64,000 bases of DNA from an uncultured beta proteobacterium (GCA_903885585.1 CAISJH010000500.1:22039-86038); one strand, 5' to 3'. Shown: positions 57,701-62,222, counted from the first letter of the stretch. Numbers and translations: made by a program. Notes: generated by a model not told the origin, from the letters alone.

Positions 57701-59037
57701 TTGAGTTTGTAAAGGTTCAGCCGGGTGCTGCCTGGGGAAGCTTGCCAGTTGAATAACTCATGGTTGGCGCCCACTGGGCCTGGCATGGCCTGATTCCACG
57801 AAGCGCTAAAGGGCGAGCTGGTCGCCGCCGATCCCAACGCCGTCGACATCGCGAGGCCATATGCCGCGTTCAAGTCGGGCGAGGCACCGACCAATTCGTC
57901 CACAGGCGCCAAGGCCTGGAACTCGGTGTGGCCGAGTTCAGTGTTGATGCTGGCGATCAGCCCGTTGACCTCCCGGATGGACCAATAGTCGCCCTGCTGG
58001 GCGAGCATGGGTGCGAGATCGATGCCGTAGCGGGCCTTCAGGCGGGCAGCCACTTCCTGGATCGACAGCGTTTCGTCGGCCGCCAGCCCCAGGGGGTTGG
58101 ACAGCACAGCGTCGTCGAGCGCGAAATACAGGCCGGATCGCGCATCGCGGTTCAAGGTGGTGAGGGCCTGGCCCAGAAAGGCCAGCACGGCTTCACCACC
58201 CAGGTAGCGGTGGCCGGTTGAGCCCACGAACACCGGGTCGGGTGTGGCCAGGGTGACCAACTCCAGCGCCGTGGACGGGTCGGCCTCGCGAGCGGCGGCC
58301 AGCAGGGTGTTGACGTCGCTCAGTTCCAGCGAGCCGTCGGCAAAGACGTCCGGCAGGGCCGCAACCATGTCCACGCCCACCTGGGCGCTGAACTCGGCCA
58401 CCAGCGCGCGGGCGCTGATCGGTGCGGCGGGCGGCCGGTTGAACACCGCCTCGTCCAGCGGCAGGCCGGCGGGCGAGTTCATGCGCTCCAGCAAGGAAGG
58501 CTGCAGCAAGAAGTTGGAGCGCAGCGTACGCGCCAGGCTCACCAGCGCCGCGCGCCCGGCGGCGTCCAGAATCTGCGACAGCGGCGCCGCCGGCAGATCC
58601 TGCGTGATGAAGACGGTCTCGGTGGCGGAGGCGCGGTTCAGCAGCGGCAGGGTGAAGTTCTGGCCGAACTCGGCGTTGAGCTCGCCCAGGATGCCGTTGA
58701 CATCGGCCAGCGAATAGCCCGCCAGACCCACGCCGCTGGAAAACTCCACCAGCGGGTCGATGCTGTACTTGTAGCGCAATGCATCGGACACCTCGGCCAG
58801 CGACACCCGCTCGCCGCTGCCCGGGGGGAATTCCAGCAGGGCGTCCTGCCGGAAGAAGCGCTCCTGCCCAGCGGCGCCGAAAACGGACAAGTCCACCGTG
58901 CGCAACGCCTGCCCGAACAAATAGGCCGCCGCCGCTGTGCCCACCAGGGTGGCGCCGTTGACCATCAGATCGGCGTTCTCGTGGTCAAGCTCCCAAGCCT
59001 GGATGGTCGCGTTGGTGGACAGGGCGATGACGGTCAT
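36724..59037 (-). CDS. Giant 7,437-aa repetitive T3SS-associated protein with tip/filament-like (SctA/Bsp22/EspA-like) C-terminus
   Basis: Uninterrupted 22.3-kb ORF; Ala/Leu/Trp-rich, almost no Cys, no signal peptide; several internal repeat families; divergent from sctC. The ORF is certain but the function is inferred. Confidence 0.75.
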   Translation of the reverse strand: MTVIALSTNATIQAWELDHENADLMVNGATLVGTAAAAYLFGQALRTVDLSVFGAAGQERFFRQDALLEFPPGSGERVSLAEVSDALRYKYSIDPLVEFSSGVGLAGYSLADVNGILGELNAEFGQNFTLPLLNRASATETVFITQDLPAAPLSQILDAAGRAALVSLARTLRSNFLLQPSLLERMNSPAGLPLDEAVFNRPPAAPISARALVAEFSAQVGVDMVAALPDVFADGSLELSDVNTLLAAAREADPSTALELVTLATPDPVFVGSTGHRYLGGEAVLAFLGQALTTLNRDARSGLYFALDDAVLSNPLGLAADETLSIQEVAARLKARYGIDLAPMLAQQGDYWSIREVNGLIASINTELGHTEFQALAPVDELVGASPDLNAAYGLAMSTALGSAATSSPFSASWNQAMPGPVGANHELFNWQASPGSTRLNLYKLNTSLATVSNGALLDGLPVLWGTSASDSRTFEGTHALDASTGVGLDAAIFEDPEGSGARVTLEQLSEALARLYFGDPSSGRTGGSRSLVDWFKGTGQFAEGGGYTRWAQFDPSIVTNNFDGVYAAYSIKQGYSSWDGTRYLAPGEEARLRGRPVVSEYSLQQAMFALYWANYPVAPVSLATPTYPPLTDSVDINLASPVQMAQLAHSATGLLNHTSANVARSDISTAAIQAAAVATVVQPETVLNDQVAEIRRQLAARTPLQAAGLALAANDLNRAGTLTLGRSIIANLQENADLLTRLSFDAGIGLDEPVWRDADGTYRSLGEWLDAAGLRTRMLQAWPALATDGLDYNALIRLLVTARELNPSRLDELDFTHPWMQAYETRNLRFSGASAALLRVADSLFALPASQSRNTPIAADARLFADPTDATGTRRLSLQDFSHLLVRLLGTDPLPTQPQWYLQDLERAVQTLYAAAQPPVAAPGRIQSEAITASELVSFLNGLAPAAAATFGSDVFDARAPLFNALVNGATVSRSFRDLLAAFGTATGKDLAPRLEALGILRDGEQVQLRGLNELRAWVAAQLPGQVSTAALPVTGTPTAVDATVDYGAVIAATREDAWGLGALQRLMAEWALVPSASHATQWPRWQARLAELLRVLDATTEGPTGLGLDAATDSALRGLLNTSTPPELFPGGPAVMAWLRSFDQNAAATLAELDRNLRHLDQALASTAYAQNAAQTALTARRTQLAADRAAFAEARTVASRLLASGSTLGTFTAALAAERSVARGNDVLAWLDRFDVPAAALTDADYRSASAGLDTFDFALWSTGRPAGTLTSTAALAGLASAASDWTTATQATVAWLDGLVATTLPRLRPQLVAAAALADALADADPANNALAVARTAAQARVDRLDALSAAAIRLGSVRTDPDAFRTALTREASALGVSDILAELARYDVPSAELSTPAYQTSPTAVEYFDVTAFWVLGRDGAAGGLNGTPAQLDTVVLSANQRWLDDTSPVLAWVDQVRSRLVAMQQVTDDTVSRLRTVWAEPATSAGDIANLEAGIDVLLQARAEQAARLTEIDRLLAVRADARALQAELLELQGELGAPLLQVWNAYDVVPATLQPGGPYTTGSIAGVWTPDLSLAQLDAAASAPYGDDAVLTDAYARWNAATPAHGDWRAWLGALVTRTAALQSELAVDQATLAVQRASLGLSAATLQQIDQAQWRIAARLEQVRAVNASAQRLAALVDQPAAFNAQLVLERNRLGRHAVTHFDWAQWQSAQTGVPAGWSDSTVQADLTAAPGKWADEISEVSDFLQRLVNTTWPALRVELVRSQQAQTALAQAPGHTAAERQALIDGAGATVAQMARLDALSAAAGRLVTLRADPAAFQTRLNTERDLLRAAGHLPATGAADVLALMSEFDVDAASLATSTALPLSSTFDLGAYWADKGTLPTPALTDTPALAAHAAWSASVGPTVTWLTGLRDRISATLPVIDDALVRLETAWNQPANAGVQTAIEQAIASLRQDRELHLTRRAQVDRLLAARNDALAFPAQIVQERALLADVDLLKALDGFDVTTDQLTGSGIFTRALSGLASVRIPDFAAARAVGGTPPADDTEILAAASNWDTDTQSLRLALPTLATRVEAVRADLAASLAALQVQMDLPRTSDSERADLQAAWHQAQARLQAFERLATAAARLNSLRSQPAAFTAAVAEEREAFSPVALAGFDWASWQTAGLVGSSTYNDTATVVALSGAQAAWTAGVQAQATWLESLITSTWPALRQELTADRTLLQTLASATVGDAATLAALNQRIQGLDARLAQIQAYDGAARRLREALADPVRLAQVLQQERAAMLAADPQHDGDVLAALARLAVPASQFTLPANDLPVTSPQVLDLAAFWAAGSPGATTVSDATLTTANTTWASAVQPALTWLDQVRTRATAALPVIEDALARLADARRRPEAQAGDHAALQAEITAMEAYRADAQRVLARIDTLLATRQDAAAFGAAFQAERDLVLARGGSSVMAEWAGWDIALVKIAAPGGQTRLVAGVAVPTLSVEAAAARQIAPFQNDTSVLGANAAWSTTSAPARQWLDRLAGRVADTLADLRNGLSALQAQAAWPRATAANRAALEAATLTLQDRLARVEQAAQQIGTLRSVATQPAVLAARLSIEKTAAGVDDLFSSWADLDIDAAARAAYRQNVPVALVVFDLSKWDGGGRVGMPVQGDSLALAPALADWNQRQAVRPWLAQLQTRVSQSLDSFAADIALLEGVRVAGTADTAAIDAALTRLRQQVGAFTQAQQTVVALRAAVSPQAFEQAIASRKAALGLPASFDLLADLQRFDVSGVELQNAQHRPAAAPLGDLLGYLGAFDIAPSLLAEFRRDAPATAEIFSLSAWQGAGHPGAVALQDVKVDNAGVAWRSLLGVAPLLEGLEARVADALATFEMQEAGLRAAQAQGGSADADITRALATLTTQRQAFSQARTVVQVLRAAPLTPQGFAQAAAAQRAAVGLPAGADLLAWLSRFNVSGADLASSAYQPNTQGLGDAFAYLSQFDVDNMALGDPAFRTTVPTSVALFDFGLWQAGHPDGTLQGGTQPRTAAGLSPALAAWDDRGGHRVWLGALVQRIDGAVAQMRADRNRLNTAINVEGNDDAAIAIRMAALDATLTRFDRARQTAVALQAVSGSATQLQDVVSSRSVALQLQGETSLQTEDLFVWLAHFDVAAADLTNASYRAGGASIDTFDASAWRTALLAGNGYAADFADAELGATDQVSWSATTAALDTRLAAVADNAAAAQAAHGWASAVAAQAAIAAAMGTPQSVLPDILIVRELAQATAAADRLAAARTEALRNPMVDAEAELRNRALEVGDDGRYYHDAQAVLLRVARALNTLPETTASVTLGVTSLRDPMFPGRLISLADLAALSRDAAGFDLLALADSAVERTSWTRAELQFIVQAVNAELGASQADPAVRPSGTAASFIVSQAPLTQGQVAAQVNQAGYRELLRTQVLRADLADTVIHEGLRDELVTLLDGLNQLDSGDFVTLRAASGGDSAIDALVQDLAAYGSVVAEPLRRTQVVESLQALADLIEAGPGTAIVREHLASVQARATALRSFQVTQRDEALARRTAYLKAAGAFDPDPANSAANSQRLNRLVGLMTGLEGLAAANAGNAAPGDAAWARNFADAVADLGDDTLANAVNVSREQLYAWARDRFGPGSAIVAAYDDTILVSGANGQLVRSGNATQAQWQAALAELRLLKADLGLNTAVAATPSAATALSTAKTALLAEAQASPEPWTVTSPAPIALADRLDALGSAQSPALTLAQMQEWALAVIGPTSTLLQLGSGGSTEAQWLSAVAELTEIAQSAQARSQLTPAWQAANGTVTAANLALTEINQGLAALAQLQQSANQSAAALQSAIAAIKADTTTYSSRGNLDVFTWLKRFDVPASTLWADPNDQLTVSYGQWTAGSFTATPASSVVLLDWGQDALGQSRSDRPSAATLAGRTWAQLTLEAALVAEAGDGFDQFEWARWKDGDGSTLAVTAAGATVPDLQGAGTALDTEAEVTTALASADATAFHTQLGNLLQEQSVLLGVPDWLAIITSRRAGGPLDLATARGLQGLVSTLEGAHERSQALKSHLDAVRAAANQRVTAYENMAGAQLLSSSQLPPWGGNEIALAYGGTTVDTINQARLDLLTDVVNRLQGAVPNAGGNLTDAARNAVWSSNATWWQDRTHYSTIDQWMPRLLGTPTNWSQFASGDIYVTRAQWLAAIADLQALQRDLQLGMAATAAGDNPAHLATALTALAQAEATNDWTQNPTPSLTGVVAQAGGASPLNTDDVSAWAQAVFGPNSALPGALQRSAMLGWLTQVQGRAQALTDFYTTRELEAGQRVAAYEAAAGAYSLSDDAAGTASAQRLTTLDRLITGLNDVLRGASPLDWNADPDRRFDLWLDSYFTSALAADNPSSASRADIRAWTSGLFGSNSRVAAALPDPAAETTQAVWLAALDELQSLRNDLRLTLAATTRVGGQTESALLAALKTVQGHADLATYSTSTNWQTLFTDNASGLTPQGVAGWATTLLGAGSTLAVALSKAAPPAATVTQNEWLLGMRELNELIIAMEARADLAAARQQAQSARTSAAAALSEAQAGRAALNSLAAAAAVSGDALATRMAELNTAYQVGAAALATAIGGGVTVASYSTPVSDVRDWLRRFDVSQDRLTAGTNAQVAVSVRSYGGSTPAATTTASNQPIDLTADALGVSRSTALPGTLAGLPAYALVQQGLIAAELQATSAFDFFDNADWTTWQAAKPGAQAGYAASSVVSAHDNMGTVRNDWVLALREWRELSATLQARAQLPANYAQAWALSSATGAQGTPTWERAAAGERALQALLTAARTSAAALTAKVAELKADAQISAYRGSADLFTWLREFDVPADLLVAPSQASITLSTQTYAGALDATGTAWSATRSVAYGSNLLGFSSASGPVGGVAGLTDHELARRALLTAEANGSLNPFDGADWQTWRATLAGAAPGYTEAQVATLSAGGFTAGSVSNTLGEIETLLGKLQQLAELRADGGAESLVYATQQLAELGLPLADVARRRELAESMQLIVDRIDLNAASTLSAAQKNAHLQAVFESLDRQWKHADLLSAVTGGQMALARIDELTAGDWVLLRAAASELKLFADTLTAPGVMVVPDGVADITVRNLDVPEALADANGLLAQVSQRDAVQSAVEELLESFDKVAGLSGAEQNNVLSGLLESLGQQLNVTDLLAELTDGQYSVASFSGRLDVVRQYLGDLVTRVGGLNTFLTSRATDAAQRVDAVQRFAGAFDTSQIDDNEGLRQRLSEISAAMLAKVNGNVAGNGIRFLAELKQEAVYAAGQAGNEARLRDFVVQPERIRDWCVASFGASSKFKQAFDLGDAITFDATLVREAVQELRSVIWNAGYRSNTPTANDTREARLTAMATQLGATADRYSFFANVAAVGFYQDGHLWDGNYLRPADQRIHWDDLKLWAERRFGPNSKIKVALELGNVTLTNTQWTDAVQELTLLAADMRMTKRAANGTLIEELEAVYGRLQSTYTNQLWGGAYWDDWRPSTPSYYYTIDIYPRDFAQDWQTQAVNGQTFSISAATIKDLALAVAGPGSYLVTAIQNNLADEDSAAYTQVLKELSEIISALKGRAKLMPAALMARKAQTDAAAALTEVNLGATVLANLQAAAAVGGTSLQAAMVAAKAQAATYLDDYGNNNNVADAGDQELFAWLRGFDVDSSLLWVNGLQTALTWRESYYIPTPAVPVTGWFTQNGHGLVDRASLASLASTTNTGTWTPDFGYNGLWNGGANASTAWSAFADSSTRDWIGVSSWRTRMESYLAAEATGAYGAFNWQGWKTGGAKRQNGSFIDGAYSAAAAAYRDATIESTTQSIASEQRADLRARFANLLALLQQCRSYADLIEDTHRVTGIDVMGLLQTLGIVVDGQYASRDGLNKLLEVVRSELPGRVSAQTIAPLADSSEPARTLTLAEFQATAATVGEREQALERIEAHLQAWERFDTLYERRVNWASWKSELDALLAEASTEVGALGLNTQALANALQADASVLGAAAGTLGSYVPHTTFFTQVEARTAAVLNHYETTLRDLQIKRADFARLNTTEGNARVALVDAEITRVQAYRVPIQQVNQAVNRFLAIVPATTTPVAITGARLEQLQQAVADFKQEIGTQDVMEYLHRYSIPVSAWQSIASQSNKQVVSIAASGSVTALSTSYFDFSRWSTADNRFGAPATSLSLNDAITDQYAYLTGALTAASQSDRALLSAGQVPSEATWSQVQSQVAAARISARSALLQAQAQLKLEVADIGALLSSLRSVEVPGGYEGLWYQVSLALQGTQRTDFPAGGVADTTAMLEHPPGSGRRVSLRSLLDTVQDDAALNPQRVTLARRLLTVLDDDASFEGQARAASVSALISALEDFNPSGGPAHLRNALMALGYYEAGHDGDESRLRPDALHWTELYAAARRLYGEGSALVEALDLAGSGNGTVSATVWAGALADLRAIRDDMQLGADSAFLGEGQKAARVQEVLTALASTSTGARYFRDEVAAAGYYLPNQIWNNTSGVRPRAQALHWSEFADWGYRLFGKESALGAAMSTGDAIPASQWQVALTEMAAVQADLALGAEGLLLGNKQQRLTAIMRDAAQGGDPLTVLTGGQFDMRDLSSSAGVTKASPLVTSAFAEALRGHLEGILLGDARRVALANEVQAALSPASAADGLEAALTAKLGTAIQTLQASYQAHDWTTTSTKNLATALGSLFTAQEIDLLKRDAKALRNGSATLEADMGDRTTQINDPASTDSRLAAALTEGAGAVDYDWLAALSELHWLYQRRTRAAAAERVSLVDKPEGVDDLLAAVTQGAISDADLSSEGLGLEADRNDLLVHLLQRMRAAYASNTWPAEMKLRIFWADGLYGVDTGRQWSPNRVVAYERGPGTIAALGRAFAGSSSALAYGTVKADGTDDFGYTAGRSLTKTEWKAAMDELEDILAQGFRQTQSAQTLSTALNTVATQTRLPEAPVQLTDVFGNDLNLATFDWNKRETLLSAIRQALPGVDAALGAAEPPQPTPAGQRVAATVAARLRAQRAAYEEEMQRTFLSSATQVELRRDLTDGADIYVDRRGSYYINGTRTRAMDIAVTTRFLAHQNFANEYKVLMDDLAERNNLIAGARTWVDAVNNVTATTTTSSPKMAQAASALKTTLTSVGAANWNVAPEVTNTLNPTYKDQIKATLDTWATTTGSSDILFDLSGGRWSMKDWSSTTWKGGMANGLLNLMDDRIKTETLLAPIVALNGSVQSGDLLGEMTGGKYTSNVAISNRTRGAERMWTYLNYQAINAGTLNDSTKATFLQIMRDEKERSGIDILSAATSGTYTLENWAAQGWDVNHRTSLMTSLGNYIDRGAERPIYASDNRTDITNLLNTLISNKVRDNDLDQGKLQSITSQLQVNTEAMTALIKAFSELNSALAQALKR

Positions 59038-59096
59038 GGTGAAGGCTGGGCTGAGGCGTCTTGGGCCGGCAGGCTTCAGAGCCGGGCTACTGATTC

Positions 59097-59110
59097 AATA
59101 CTAAAGTAGC
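59097..59110. promoter_or_regulatory. Degenerate box (ACTAAAGT core) upstream of the giant gene
   Basis: AATACTAAAGTAGC, 59 nt from ATG 59037. Confidence 0.45.
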
Positions 59111-59298
59111 ACTTTGCGCCAGCCATGCTGGGCGCGAAGGGTGCTTTACAAATCTTTCAGGCGCCTGGATTGATTCACAGGCGTCTTTCCTCGGCAAAAG
59201 TAAATCCAAGTGCGCGACTTCCTTGCAAACAGGGCGCGACAAACGGTGCCTGTTTCCGGTGGACTTCAGGAGCGGGGCATGCACTGGACGCAGCATTT

Positions 59299-59327
59299 GC
59301 TACTAAAGACTCTTACACTAAAGTATA
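59299..59327. promoter_or_regulatory. Tandem degenerate boxes upstream of sctC
   Basis: GCTACTAAAGACTC (59299) and TACACTAAAGTATA (59314). Confidence 0.55.
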
Positions 59328-59360
59328 GTTTTACCTTCGCGCTTTGACCGATACACGGCT

Positions 59361-62222
59361 TTGCTCCCCCTGACTTACCCAGCAGTTACCAAAACAGACC
59401 ACCGCCAGGGGGGGCCTGCAGGCCCTCGATTCGGCGCGGGCAGGTGGGTGCGCGAGTTCGCATTTGTCACGCTGTGCTGCCTTCTGGCCGTACAGGCCCA
59501 AGCACAAACGCAGTCCCAAGCCAGGGAACGCGCAGAGCGCACCAAGCTGAAGAACCCTCCCGCCACGGCCCTGGCGCAGGCAACTCCCCGGGCTTCGGCC
59601 GCCCCGCCATCGGCTGCCCCTGCAATGGCCAGCGCGGCGCCGGCGCTTGCAGCTTCAGCGGTCACACCCTCGGCGTTGCCTCCTGCCAGCACCGCGGCAA
59701 CCACGGCGCCGCCGGTATCACCCAATGCGGGAAGCGCTGCGCTGGCTTCAGCAGCGGACTTGAGCACCCTGCTGCCCACCCTGTCGCGCCAGCCCCTGCG
59801 GCTCGTGAGTTCAGGCCGCCCGCTGTCAGACATTCAGCGGCAAGTGGAGCCAGCGCTGGGCGTGCGGCTGATCCTGTCTCCAGGGGTGGGTGATCTGCCC
59901 GTCAACGGCGAGATTGCCGGGAGCGACGGTCTGAGCTTCATTCGCGAGCTCAGTGCCGCGTTGCGGCTGAACTGGGCGTTGGGGAAGGACGGCGTTTTTC
60001 TGGGCAGTGACCGAGACGCCCGCGCGCTGCAATTCGCTGCCCCCAACGCCACGGTGGCATTCCGCGTGGCGGCACTGGCAAGGCGAGAGTTCGAGGAAAT
60101 GGGAACGCAGATTTCGGTGACCTCCAGGAAGGAGGAGATCACCGTCACTGGCCTGCAGGGTTGGCTCAATCAGGTGGCCGCCCCGCGTTTGCCTGCGCTG
60201 GTGGACTTTGTTCAGCGGGTGATCGCGCAGCAGCAGGCTGCAGCCCAGGCTGCGCGCGCAGAGCAGGAGGCCGGCCGTCAGCGAGCGCGGCTCGCCAGTC
60301 AGCCTGACAGCCTCTCCCTGGGCAGCGTGCAAGACGGGACCTCGGAACCATTCAGCCTCATGGTGTTCAGGCTCAACCACGCATACGTGGACGACAAGAG
60401 GCTGACGGTGGGGTCATCCTCGGTGACCATACCGGGCGTGGCCACCCTCTTCCGGCAGTTCACGGGTATCGGGTCACCAGATGGAAGTGGCCCGCAGACG
60501 CCTGCACCAGACACCGCCAGCCGGGTATCCAGGCTTGAGCCGCTGGCCGGCGGACGACAAGCGCAAGGCACTGGCGAGGACGCAGTGTCCCGGCAGGGCA
60601 GGCCGGCGGCGGCAGCGCCAAACTCCAGCCGCCAACCTGCCGTGATCGCCGACTCCCGCATGAATGCGCTGATCGTGCGCGACCGCGCCAGCATGCTGCA
60701 ACCCTACAAGACCCTGGTGGAAGTGCTGGACCGCGCCGCTGACATGGTGCAGATCGACGCCTTCATCATCGACATCCGCGCCAGCCGGCTCGATGAATTC
60801 GGCCTGGGTCTGAGCTGGGCGGGCACGGCGGCGGCTGCAGGTGCAACGGGCACCAACAACTCCCAGGTCACCCGAACGCTGAACCCGGGCGGGCTGGTGC
60901 CTTCCGGCGCCAACGTCATCTTGCAGGCAGCGCGTGGCGTGCAGCTGTTGGCGCAGATACGCGCGCTGGAGACCCAGGGCGACTCCGAGGTGCTGACGGT
61001 GCCGTCTGTGGTGACGCTGAACAACCTGGAAGCCACGTTCTCTGCGCGCCAGAACTTCTTTGTGAAGGTCACCGGCAACCAGGACGCCTCGCTCACCCGG
61101 GTGACGGCAGAGACGCTGCTGCGCGTGACACCTCTGGTGGCGCAGGCAGGCGGTGGCGCAGCGCTGGACCGCCGCATACGGCTGCTGATCAGCGTACAGG
61201 ACGGCTCGGTCGACGCCAGCCAGGCCGCCACCGTGGACAACCTCCCCAGGACGCTGGAGAACCAAATCTCCACCCAGGCCGTGGTGCGAGGCGGCGACAC
61301 GCTGGTCATTGGCGGACAGGTGGTGCGCAAGCGTGTCAATCGCGTGTCAGGGCTGCCCATCATCAAGGACATCCCCTTGCTCGGGGCGTTGACCAATTCC
61401 CGCTCGGATGACTACGAGCAATACGTACGCATTTACGTGGTGCGGCCAAGACTGCTGGGCGAGGACTCGGCCGACACCAAGGCGCCGGACCCGGAAAACC
61501 GCATCGACCCGGCCAGCCACGGCGTGCTGGAACGCGTGCCCGAACTCATCAGAGGCACAGGGCTCACGCCGCGACGCGCCGATCCGCCACCGGCTGACCA
61601 AGGCAGCGCAACAGGCCCGAACGGACAGTCGGTACAGCTCTACGCCCCCACCCAGCCCACTGTGGTGGTGCCGGTCCCGGCGCCCATGGGCGTGGTGCGG
61701 ACCGAAGAGGGCGGACCAGCAGACCAGCCAGACCGCGGCGCGGAAGGCGGCTCAAGAGCCCCCCAGGACAGCCGAAAAGGCGGTTCCTCCTCCCAAACCT
61801 CCCAAGCCGAGGAGGATCCCGCGGCGGGCTGGAACCCCGATGACCCCATCTGGCGCCCACCAGGCAGCCCGTTGGGCCGACTGCCCAGCACAAGCGGTGC
61901 CCCGCTGTCCCGGCCCGCCAACGGGTCCACACCGGGGCGCAGCACGGCGCCCAGTACCGGCGCCGTCGCTTCTCCTCCGGGCAGCAAGATAGACCAGCCC
62001 ACGCAAGCCGCTCGAGACCGAGATGCGCGGCGCATCCTGGAAGCCGAACTGTTGCGGGCCGAGAGAACGCTGGTGCGCCTGGAACAAGAGTCTTCGCAGG
62101 GCAACAGCGCCGTGCGCGAAGCGCTGGAACGCACCCGAGCCGATGTGAGCTCCATCAAGGCCGAACTGGCGCGACTGGGCGTGCAGAGCGGCGACAAGTC
62201 CAGTCCTTCTGGCGGCCGATGA
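59361..62222 (+). CDS. sctC: T3SS outer-membrane secretin (YscC/HrcC type) with long N- and C-terminal extensions
   Basis: Signal peptide (start may be GTG 59448), N0-like domain, FRLNHAYVDD...IPGVATL, ADSRMNALIVRD, PSVVTLNNLEA, LRVTP and GLPIIKDIPLLGAL. Confidence 0.9.
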   Translation: MLPLTYPAVTKTDHRQGGPAGPRFGAGRWVREFAFVTLCCLLAVQAQAQTQSQARERAERTKLKNPPATALAQATPRASAAPPSAAPAMASAAPALAASAVTPSALPPASTAATTAPPVSPNAGSAALASAADLSTLLPTLSRQPLRLVSSGRPLSDIQRQVEPALGVRLILSPGVGDLPVNGEIAGSDGLSFIRELSAALRLNWALGKDGVFLGSDRDARALQFAAPNATVAFRVAALARREFEEMGTQISVTSRKEEITVTGLQGWLNQVAAPRLPALVDFVQRVIAQQQAAAQAARAEQEAGRQRARLASQPDSLSLGSVQDGTSEPFSLMVFRLNHAYVDDKRLTVGSSSVTIPGVATLFRQFTGIGSPDGSGPQTPAPDTASRVSRLEPLAGGRQAQGTGEDAVSRQGRPAAAAPNSSRQPAVIADSRMNALIVRDRASMLQPYKTLVEVLDRAADMVQIDAFIIDIRASRLDEFGLGLSWAGTAAAAGATGTNNSQVTRTLNPGGLVPSGANVILQAARGVQLLAQIRALETQGDSEVLTVPSVVTLNNLEATFSARQNFFVKVTGNQDASLTRVTAETLLRVTPLVAQAGGGAALDRRIRLLISVQDGSVDASQAATVDNLPRTLENQISTQAVVRGGDTLVIGGQVVRKRVNRVSGLPIIKDIPLLGALTNSRSDDYEQYVRIYVVRPRLLGEDSADTKAPDPENRIDPASHGVLERVPELIRGTGLTPRRADPPPADQGSATGPNGQSVQLYAPTQPTVVVPVPAPMGVVRTEEGGPADQPDRGAEGGSRAPQDSRKGGSSSQTSQAEEDPAAGWNPDDPIWRPPGSPLGRLPSTSGAPLSRPANGSTPGRSTAPSTGAVASPPGSKIDQPTQAARDRDARRILEAELLRAERTLVRLEQESSQGNSAVREALERTRADVSSIKAELARLGVQSGDKSSPSGGR

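Noticed and set aside
36724-59037. Giant ORF as NRPS/PKS, RTX/MARTX, Rhs or hemagglutinin
   Set aside because: No adenylation, ketosynthase or carrier motifs, no GGxGxD nonapeptides, no YD repeats, no TPS or autotransporter signature seen.
59040-59360. Canonical hrp box, PIP box or ExsA site in the T3SS promoter region
   Set aside because: A single TTCGC at 59336 has no partner 15 nt away, and no GGAACC-N16-CCAC was seen.
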